Virus record (IMG/VR): IMGVR_UViG_3300014911_000001
Location: 64,001 to 128,000 of that record
Direction: 5' to 3' (one strand)
Source: a virus
Length of the DNA stretch: 64,000 nt
Below the pieces are notes generated by a model, which saw nothing but the letters and a program-made list of their open reading frames with translations, made no database searches and was not told the DNA's origin. Of the stretch, positions 56,413-64,000 are shown piece after piece. The position numbers and the translations under genes are program-made. Numbering within the stretch: the stretch's first letter is position 1; every line of letters starts with the position of its first letter.

Positions 56413-57587
56413 TGAGATTAGAGGATGCTGAAAGCAAGCAGTATGTATTTAGTTTTAGTGGTGCTGATTATATACCATTTGCTTTTGTGGGGGGGCGGCT
56501 TCGTGCGCTCCCCCTTGTTATGACGATAACGGCTTCTTTTGTTGCTGATCAGGCGCCAGCCTTAACCCTTGGTAGTAAGGTACCACTGACAATAAGGCCC
56601 GGTCATGTTACTGTCGCGGGCTCCATTATAGGGGCTGTTAGTGATGTACATCCTCTCTTTCCATTGACATCATTGTTTGTTAGGGATGTGCGCTTCGGTA
56701 CTGATGTTGCGCTAAGGACATATGAATTACCCCTTTTTGATATTATTATTGTTGGCATTAATGAGGTAGGTAGGACGACCGTTGCGAAGGTTTATGGTGC
56801 ACGCATCCAGCAGGGAGGATATACGTATTCAATCCAGGATCTTTACACAGAAACAACATTTCAGTATAGGGCGCTGGATATGGATGAACCTCAGGTAGCA
56901 CCTGTTATGGAAGGTGAGATGATGCATTATATTAATCCAGCCATATTTTTTGACCGGCTTAATAGGATTCCTATCTTAGCGAAGAATAAAGCGGAGGTTG
57001 GTGCTGTATTGGGTGTTATATTATCATTGCGTGCGAAACTTATTGACATCTATGACAAGATTGCTAATGCAAAGAGTATAGAAGAGCGTGAGCATTGGTT
57101 GCAGGAAGCTGAAAATGTGCAGGAAGAAATCCGCAGGTATGAGGATGCGCTTAATACGACATTGAGGTTATATTCGAGGACTGTTATATCAGGTAATCAA
57201 TTTGCGGATGCTGTATTTGGGGATTTGGTTTGGCCGCGGGATTTGAAGTATGTTGAAGTGGAGAAATCTTATGTATATCCGCAGCGTTATTATGCATCTG
57301 TTGGGGATACACAGAAGATTGGTACCTATCAATGGCGTTCTGAACATGAGACTGATATGTGGAATATATATACCTATTTCCAACAGATTTATATAATGTT
57401 ACGAGATTCGTATCGAAAAGGAGATGTACCTATGCATGATTTATATAGGAGGTGCTTAGATTTCCGTGCGAAGTTAATAAGTGCTATGTCAACCTTTAAG
57501 GAGGATAAATATTTACATCCATATTATGGTGAAGCTTTATTGAAGCGTTATGATGAGTTAATTAAGCAGATAAGAGAGAGACTATGA
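56409..57587 (+). CDS. tail tube-like paralog
   Basis: SFSGADY, VAGSI, LPLFDIII..NE.G. Confidence 0.7.
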   Translation: MMRLEDAESKQYVFSFSGADYIPFAFVGGRLRALPLVMTITASFVADQAPALTLGSKVPLTIRPGHVTVAGSIIGAVSDVHPLFPLTSLFVRDVRFGTDVALRTYELPLFDIIIVGINEVGRTTVAKVYGARIQQGGYTYSIQDLYTETTFQYRALDMDEPQVAPVMEGEMMHYINPAIFFDRLNRIPILAKNKAEVGAVLGVILSLRAKLIDIYDKIANAKSIEEREHWLQEAENVQEEIRRYEDALNTTLRLYSRTVISGNQFADAVFGDLVWPRDLKYVEVEKSYVYPQRYYASVGDTQKIGTYQWRSEHETDMWNIYTYFQQIYIMLRDSYRKGDVPMHDLYRRCLDFRAKLISAMSTFKEDKYLHPYYGEALLKRYDELIKQIRERL

Positions 57588-59590
57588 TAGTCCGCCGTTT
57601 TGTAAATACTAACATATATAAGAATCTACAGGAGAAGCAGGGCATAACGGACAATGATGGTACTGTTTCCTATAAGCCGGCTGAGGAAACGACTTTTGAT
57701 ATACCTTATTTAGAGGATTTTTATACCCCTGCGCTTATTACGCTTTACTTTGATGGCATAAGGATAGCTGAGGCTGTTTTTGTGGAATATGTTTATAATG
57801 ATCAGAAGATACCTGTTTATGGTTATGGGGATCGTTATGTTCGTGCATTTGAGGAGGGGCATCATTTAATAAGCGGGCGCATGGGGTTTTTATTTAAGGA
57901 GACGGCTTATTTATCGAGTGTTATTGATTTGGTATCAGGAAGCCGGCTTATTACCACACCCGGAGGTGAAAGTGCTGTATATGCATTGCTGCAGAGAGTA
58001 CTGAGCGATCCTGAGGTTAATGAAAAAGTTGAATATATGAGGCAGATTTTGACATCGGTATTTGGGTTGGAGCCCTTCAAGGTTGGGCAGCTTAATGCTA
58101 ATCAGATGATTAATTTATTAAAGATTTATAAGTCTGTTATTTATATGACTGTGAATCCCCGCTATGGCGCCACAGGTCCTTTGGTGACAGAGGCAATGAA
58201 CAGTAGCGAAGCGCTTAGTTCTCCCTCATCGCCACTGGTATGGAAGATCGGCTCGCCTCATGTTATATCGGCAATGTTAGATATGGAGGATGTCTTTGGT
58301 GAGGTGGCTATTGAAGGATTGTGGGAATCAGTGGAAGATGCATTATGGAGTAAGGAGGTGCCGGGCTTAGACATTGCACCCATCGTAGAGCATGATTTAG
58401 GTTATACAGGTTATGGGTATGTAATATCTGACAAAACATTTGATGTTTTTATAAGGTATGGTGCTGATGGATCAAGCATTACAGACCATACAGTTGAGGT
58501 TATCAATGATGTCCATCTTGTATCAAGTGGCAAGAGCATCAATGTTGGCTCGCCTGATCTTGTTGTTGAGGTTTTGGAGTTCATAGCGCGCACTAACAAT
58601 CGGCGGCTTAATATCTACCAGCATAAACAGGTATCGGAGACGGATGAGCTTATTCCACCGCAAATGGATAGTGGTATGAGCGAGGGGAAGAAGTATTTTA
58701 GTTATAAGAAAGAAGAAATGGAGAATGCGAGGGTCGGGGATCAGGAAAAGGAGAAATATAGAAAGCTTTCAGAAGAGGAATTGAAAGAAATGCGGGCTAC
58801 CTTGTGCGGTCGTTGTATTGATGAAAGATGTAGTATCAAGGTGGGTAGTTTTGGGTTTAACACGTTGAAAGATAGCTTGTTTGAACATACAGGTATAACA
58901 TTAGATATTAGCTATCGAGGTGAGACTCATTTTGGTCCTTTGGTCATATATGAAAAACCGACATTTACTTTGAGTGTGGAGAAGACAGTTGATAATTTGT
59001 TGGCTAATATTGCAAAATTATCGCAGGCTGCTACAAGGGGATCATTGGGTGGATTTGTAGTAGAGAAAGGTTTGTTGGAAGTTGTGTGGGGGCAGCATCC
59101 TAAACTTGAGCAGCAGGGCCCTCATAAAGTAAGGACAGTTGGTTGTCCTTTTGCGTTTGCGGAGGCGGTTGTAGAAAATTTGAAGCCATCATTTTGTTTA
59201 CGCTACTTGAATGCTCTTTTAAGGTATAGTGCCCCACCGAGTGCTATTATTGATGATTTGCGTGCTATTTTAGATTATGTTACTTCGCATTCAGGTATCG
59301 CAAGTTTGAAGTTTCCTATAGCTATTGCTATGGCTGGTCATGGTGATGAGTTTAATAAAAACATTTCGCAATATATGAAAGGGGTTCATGTGCCACAATT
59401 TGATGTATATGATGGATTAAAGATAAGTGTAAAAAAAGCACTACTACAAATAAATGAAGGGGAAAATACTCCTTATAAATTGGCTGTTTTGCCGTTGTAC
59501 ATAATTATGATTGATTTAGCTGACCGTGAATCGGTATTGAATTTTAAAAATAAGCTTGACACATGGACATTCCATCATTATTATTACTGA
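57584..59590 (+). CDS. tube-fold baseplate hub/initiator protein
   Basis: K.PVYGYG...G..LISG, FDVFI.YG, EFIAR. Confidence 0.6.
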   Translation: MIVRRFVNTNIYKNLQEKQGITDNDGTVSYKPAEETTFDIPYLEDFYTPALITLYFDGIRIAEAVFVEYVYNDQKIPVYGYGDRYVRAFEEGHHLISGRMGFLFKETAYLSSVIDLVSGSRLITTPGGESAVYALLQRVLSDPEVNEKVEYMRQILTSVFGLEPFKVGQLNANQMINLLKIYKSVIYMTVNPRYGATGPLVTEAMNSSEALSSPSSPLVWKIGSPHVISAMLDMEDVFGEVAIEGLWESVEDALWSKEVPGLDIAPIVEHDLGYTGYGYVISDKTFDVFIRYGADGSSITDHTVEVINDVHLVSSGKSINVGSPDLVVEVLEFIARTNNRRLNIYQHKQVSETDELIPPQMDSGMSEGKKYFSYKKEEMENARVGDQEKEKYRKLSEEELKEMRATLCGRCIDERCSIKVGSFGFNTLKDSLFEHTGITLDISYRGETHFGPLVIYEKPTFTLSVEKTVDNLLANIAKLSQAATRGSLGGFVVEKGLLEVVWGQHPKLEQQGPHKVRTVGCPFAFAEAVVENLKPSFCLRYLNALLRYSAPPSAIIDDLRAILDYVTSHSGIASLKFPIAIAMAGHGDEFNKNISQYMKGVHVPQFDVYDGLKISVKKALLQINEGENTPYKLAVLPLYIIMIDLADRESVLNFKNKLDTWTFHHYYY

Positions 59591-59617
59591 TGTTAAATCT
59601 TAACAAAGGGGTGGTAT

Positions 59618-60295
59618 ATGGATCCCAAAGAGTATAAACAGCAGCATGGTGTTGATATTTTTGCGGTTGGTTGTAATGTTCTGAAAAATACTTATAAGGC
59701 ATATTTTCCTATTATGTCTGTTGCTGATCTTACGACTGATGTTATGTATAATGACCCTGCGCGGGTTCATCTATTAAATGTTGTCCGTAACCTTGTTGAA
59801 AAGATAAGTTTAGGAACGATGACTGATGATGATTTGGTTGCTGTCATGGGTGGTTGCATTCATCTCGAAAAGAATATGCAACCTATTGATCCGATGTCTG
59901 TAGAGAATGCTATAGCTAAGCTCTTAGCTGAACGGTGGATTACTGCGATGGGCTTCTTTGATACACCGCGGGTTTATGTTGCTGAGGTGGATGGGCAAAC
60001 ATGCGATGTTGTTGAAACTGTTTATGCAGGTAAGGTTTACAAAATTTATCTAAAGCCTATATCAGGTGACAATGATCCTCGTATTGAGCATGTGTTGAAG
60101 GTCTTGGGTAGAGAGTATACGATTGATCAGACATATGATGTATTTAGAAGCTCGGTTGTGAAGGTTGAAGCCGCGCCCTTTGGGCAGCTATCGTTTGAGG
60201 ATGTTGAACTTAATGATAAAGTGCTGTTTGCAAGTGCTGTTATGGCGTGGATTGAGAATACAGGTAGCATTGAATATGATTACGAAATTATATAA
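59618..60295 (+). CDS. putative tail assembly chaperone
   Basis: Position; upstream TTGACA-N17-TATTAT at 59556. Confidence 0.4.
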   Translation: MDPKEYKQQHGVDIFAVGCNVLKNTYKAYFPIMSVADLTTDVMYNDPARVHLLNVVRNLVEKISLGTMTDDDLVAVMGGCIHLEKNMQPIDPMSVENAIAKLLAERWITAMGFFDTPRVYVAEVDGQTCDVVETVYAGKVYKIYLKPISGDNDPRIEHVLKVLGREYTIDQTYDVFRSSVVKVEAAPFGQLSFEDVELNDKVLFASAVMAWIENTGSIEYDYEII

Positions 60296-60672
60296 TGAAT
60301 CTTATACGTATTAAGTATGAGGATACCACCTATGAATTTAATTATCCCACCCTATTTGATTACTACTTGTTTATTGATGGTCAAAAAGTTCGGGTATTTG
60401 ATCGCCTCGCATTAAAGGATTATAGTATTCCATCAATTAAGAAGGTGCGCATTATAACCATCCTCTTTCGTCACTTCCCCGCCTTTGCTACAGAGGATGA
60501 GGTATTTTCCAATATACCGGATGCTGGTGGTTTGATTTATTTAATTCGGGCATTTGGATATAAACCTCACGAATTATTGCAGTTAAATCCTTATGAGCTT
60601 GATTTTGCGGTAAGGTTGGCGGAATATATAAACAATCCAAAACTAGAGAATGACAGTAGTCCGCAGGAATAA
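60295..60672 (+). CDS. putative tail assembly chaperone
   Basis: Position; RAFGYKPHELLQL. Confidence 0.45.
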   Translation: MNLIRIKYEDTTYEFNYPTLFDYYLFIDGQKVRVFDRLALKDYSIPSIKKVRIITILFRHFPAFATEDEVFSNIPDAGGLIYLIRAFGYKPHELLQLNPYELDFAVRLAEYINNPKLENDSSPQE

Positions 60673-63600
60673 GCCCTTTCTTTTCCAGAGTGATTTAGCA
60701 CGCATACGCACAGATGAGACATTGCGCAGCCGTTATGGGTGGGGTCGTACACTTTTGCGTTTTGGAGTGGCGATGGCTTCCTTTGCTGTTTTGTCTTATG
60801 GTGCGCGTTCCTTATCGCGTGCATGGCGTGCATTGGCCACATCTGGAGCATTATCACGGAAGTTTGTTGAAGGCGTTAAGGTAGTAAAGAAGTTAGGGCT
60901 TGAGCAGGGTAACTTACTTGATGTAATATTATCAGTATCTAGGCGTGCGCGTCGAGTTGCTTATAAATATGTTAAGTGGTCGCAAGATTATAGGGATGCG
61001 TCGCGGCTTCTGCATTTTGGTAAGGCATTAAGGAAAATATGGAGCGGTGGTAAAGCATCATTAAAGGGTTTTAGGAAGGCGCGTGAGGCTTATCGACGGG
61101 TTGGATTACGAGGTGCATTGTTTGGTGCCTTTTTGCGTGGTGCAGAAAGAGGTGTTGGATTTGCGATTTTATCTTCGGCTGCTGATGCATTAACACATTC
61201 ATTTATAACACCTGCGGATAGAGAGAAGACAAGAAAGTATGGTCCTGTTGCTCGTGTGAAGCGTTTTTTCACTGATGCTGTCCTATTTAGTGGATTACAA
61301 GGACTTTGGGGTGTATCAAAAGTTGCCTTTCCTACCTATATACATAGGTATAGCCCACAAATACAGCGTTTTCTTACCCGCATTGGAGCGCCTACTTATG
61401 TGGCTAAGTTTTATGGATGGAGGCGTCGCTTCTATGATTATCTAATTCGTGCTATAGAATATAAGCAGAAGTTTACTCAGAAATTGCAAGGTGCTAATAT
61501 ATGGCAGCACATAAAGCAGCAGATGAAGGAGCATCCCGGGTTAGGTGCTATTGCAACCTATTTGCGGGAGCAGATAAGGGAAGCTCATCTACATGCTAAG
61601 AAATCGTTTAGGAGGCCGGGTGGATTTCCACCAAGGAGTGGTTATGATACGGTTATAACAATGATGAATTATGCGAAAGAGGTTAATGTTAAGGATCCTA
61701 AGTTTGCAGCGGAGATTGCAGCTCAAGCTGTTGGACGTTATAAAGGTGTGAGTAAGTGGCGGCGGCTTCTTAATATCGAACGTGAAAGGTTGACCAAGAA
61801 GCAGGCTGTTGCTTTCAGGGAGATGCTTGAGAAAATGGGGTTTAGCAAGTCATGGATCGAGACATTAAAGGGGGAGGAACGCAAGTTTTATGAGAATCTG
61901 TATTACCGTGTGATGAGGGGACCATTGTTCCATGGTCCCGGATGGTTTGAAGTAGCCGGGCAAAAGTTTTCACAGTATGAGACGCGTTATTTTGTAAAAG
62001 GAATTCTCCAGAATCTATATGCTGGTCGATGGAGGGGGGTTACACGCATTTTGGCTTCTGCGGCGGGCTTAGACCTCTATGCCAACCGCAGACCTGTATT
62101 TATCTTCCATCCTACCATGGATATTCCGATGAGCGTTCCTATACCGACTGATGAGGGTGTTCGTATGCTACGCTTGGTAACCGAACGTGGTAATGATCGG
62201 GTTCGTCATGGGATTGTATTCTTACAGAATAAATTGTACAGATTATCGCCGACAGAGGAGGGTGGTGAATATTTTGTGGATAGGGTTATAGAGAATGTTA
62301 AATTATATGAGAGCCCGGCTTATAACATATTAAAGAGGGAGTTAACGCAGTATTATATCAAGCAGAGGCGGCGCACGGATGAGATAGGTTTGCGTCCACC
62401 CGGTGAATATGTTAGGGATATAATCAGGAAATTATCGCGGGGTGTTGATAAGGCTAGCTTAGAGGAATTGGTTAATGTATATAAGTCAACCCGTTCGACG
62501 GCCCATATTATCTTTGGTAAATTGTTATCAAAGAAGGAGGTCCGTGAGGTTGCATCGCAGATCTTGGAGCAATTAGGCGCGAGTAGAGCGCAAAGGATCT
62601 TGCAGATGGATGAGGCATCATTAATCAGGGAACTTGAGAAGGTTATAGAAAAGCCTGCACAGGTAACGGAGCGGCTTCGTAACAAGTTTATCTATCTTAT
62701 AAATGCATCACGGAGTAGGATGAGGACTATGAAGGATCTTTTGAATCAGGAGTTTATAGGTTCTGGATATGCAGAAGCACGGGCTAGGCATGTTATTGAG
62801 TCGTTCTTAATTGAGCAGCATTTGACACCAGAAATAAGGGCGAAATTCTTTAGCAGGCTTGCTGAGGAGCAGTTGATCGGGAAGTGGATAAGGAAGCCGG
62901 CTTATACACATTTCTTCAAAGCATTAGCAGAGCTAGCACCTGTTGAGATGGATGCAGAAGCTCTAAGGTCTACTATAAAGGGCGCGCTTAATGATATTGT
63001 AGTCGGTTGGAAAAAATTACCTACAGTTGATCCATTTAGGCCGATATCTGCCTTATTCCAGTATGGTGGATTGGGTATCCACAGGTTATTTGAACCTACC
63101 ATAGAAGGTATACGGGTAATGGGTACTACAGTACCATTTACTGTTGTTAGAGAAGGTATGAGTCCATTTAAACGGTATACGGTAACAAGTTTATTGTTTT
63201 CCCATCACTTACGGCGCATATGGGGATTTATGGATTATGTAAGCAAAGCTCCTCGCAAGTTTCCTATTATCAGGCATTTATTAAGGCGATTAGACCCTAG
63301 ATTGGCTGATACGGCGCATATCTTTCCATTTGAGACTAATACTACTGGTTGGACGGCTTCAGATATGATAAAGAATTTATGGAAGCCGGCGGCTACATTA
63401 TTGGCATTAGGTGTAGGATATAAGGCTGTTGATACATTCTTTGATGAAAGTGGTTTATTTGAAGGGACTGCATTAGGAGAGGGGTTGACACCTGCTATAC
63501 TGGATGCATATGCATTAGGTCGTCTTTCCTTGGCAAGAGTATTGGATATTGCAGGTGTAACTGATGCAGCGCGGTATTTAGAGGGATTAATGCCGGGGTC

Positions 63601-64000
63601 TACGACATGGTTGCCGGGTGCACTATATGGCGTATGGAAGTTTGCACCTGCGGGGCCGGCGGCTTCCGCTATGGGTGCATTAATAATGGGTGCTGTTAAT
63701 AAAATGTTAGCGCCATTTTTGCCTGATTTAACAAAGAGTTATGATCAACTGAAAAGGATATATAGAGGTGAGGAGTATGTGCCTGTAAGGAGAGCAAGGT
63801 ATTGGCCTCTATCTTTAACTCCTTGGGAGGGTTATGATATTGAATATTGGCGGCCTTCTCTATGGTTCATTGTAAGACAGCAGGCAAAATACACTCCTGA
63901 TATAAGTGGTAGCAAGATACAGTCCTTGTTACAGGGTGACTGGTTGTTTGGTTATAATCCATTGCGTATGTTTGATCCATATGCTAAGGAAAGACAGCAT
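60650..64000 (+). CDS. very large basic protein, tape-measure-like, truncated at window end
   Basis: Missing from the ORF track, presumably because it has no stop. ATG 60650 (MTVVRRNKPFLF...) and the window end (...LRMFDPYAKERQH) read open in the same frame; the middle was not translated codon by codon. Confidence 0.7.
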   Translation, partial: MTVVRRNKPFLFQSDLARIRTDETLRSRYGWGRTLLRFGVAMASFAVLSYGARSLSRAWRALATSGALSRKFVEGVKVVKKLGLEQGNLLDVILSVSRRARRVAYKYVKWSQDYRDASRLLHFGKALRKIWSGGKASLKGFRKAREAYRRVGLRGALFGAFLRGAERGVGFAILSSAADALTHSFITPADREKTRKYGPVARVKRFFTDAVLFSGLQGLWGVSKVAFPTYIHRYSPQIQRFLTRIGAPTYVAKFYGWRRRFYDYLIRAIEYKQKFTQKLQGANIWQHIKQQMKEHPGLGAIATYLREQIREAHLHAKKSFRRPGGFPPRSGYDTVITMMNYAKEVNVKDPKFAAEIAAQAVGRYKGVSKWRRLLNIERERLTKKQAVAFREMLEKMGFSKSWIETLKGEERKFYENLYYRVMRGPLFHGPGWFEVAGQKFSQYETRYFVKGILQNLYAGRWRGVTRILASAAGLDLYANRRPVFIFHPTMDIPMSVPIPTDEGVRMLRLVTERGNDRVRHGIVFLQNKLYRLSPTEEGGEYFVDRVIENVKLYESPAYNILKRELTQYYIKQRRRTDEIGLRPPGEYVRDIIRKLSRGVDKASLEELVNVYKSTRSTAHIIFGKLLSKKEVREVASQILEQLGASRAQRILQMDEASLIRELEKVIEKPAQVTERLRNKFIYLINASRSRMRTMKDLLNQEFIGSGYAEARARHVIESFLIEQHLTPEIRAKFFSRLAEEQLIGKWIRKPAYTHFFKALAELAPVEMDAEALRSTIKGALNDIVVGWKKLPTVDPFRPISALFQYGGLGIHRLFEPTIEGIRVMGTTVPFTVVREGMSPFKRYTVTSLLFSHHLRRIWGFMDYVSKAPRKFPIIRHLLRRLDPRLADTAHIFPFETNTTGWTASDMIKNLWKPAATLLALGVGYKAVDTFFDESGLFEGTALGEGLTPAILDAYALGRLSLARVLDIAGVTDAARYLEGLMPGSTTWLPGALYGVWKFAPAGPAASAMGALIMGAVNKMLAPFLPDLTKSYDQLKRIYRGEEYVPVRRARYWPLSLTPWEGYDIEYWRPSLWFIVRQQAKYTPDISGSKIQSLLQGDWLFGYNPLRMFDPYAKERQH

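Overview
This window is part of a large lytic-looking myovirus (contractile-tail phage). Its host is probably a diderm FCB-group bacterium, because the phage carries T9SS-like C-terminal sorting domains and a BAM-type beta-barrel. Left to right: (1) 1-9.3 kb, a minus-strand, probably early operon with RNase H, a SLOG protein and a ~800 aa single-chain two-barrel RNA polymerase (DADGD motif); (2) 9.4-12.1 kb, an intact-looking tnpB whose omega-RNA sits ~1.1 kb downstream, beyond three genes including dUTPase; (3) 12-27 kb, accessory and nucleotide/recombination genes (PhoH, ThyX, GT4-GT2 glycosyltransferase, M15 endolysin, RNase HII, RuvC-like, RecA, class II RNR) plus a tRNA-Leu-like gene with no anticodon loop; (4) a strand-skew switch at ~27.15 kb inside a wHTH gene (candidate origin and initiator); (5) 28.9-64 kb, a morphogenesis operon (three GroES-like proteins, intein-bearing TerL and portal, protease, capsid, neck, sheath, tube, truncated tape-measure-like gene). 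The most striking system is RNA architecture in the early operon: four covarying HDV-like ribozyme folds with non-canonical P1/P1.1 punctuate the transcript, about ten H-type pseudoknots sit in front of ribosome-binding sites, and three gene units, including the RNA polymerase unit, have complementary 5' and 3' flanks. A short motif, (G/T)AAGC followed by a G/C run, is strongly over-represented across the window. All calls come from reading the sequence by eye; no searches or folding programs were run.
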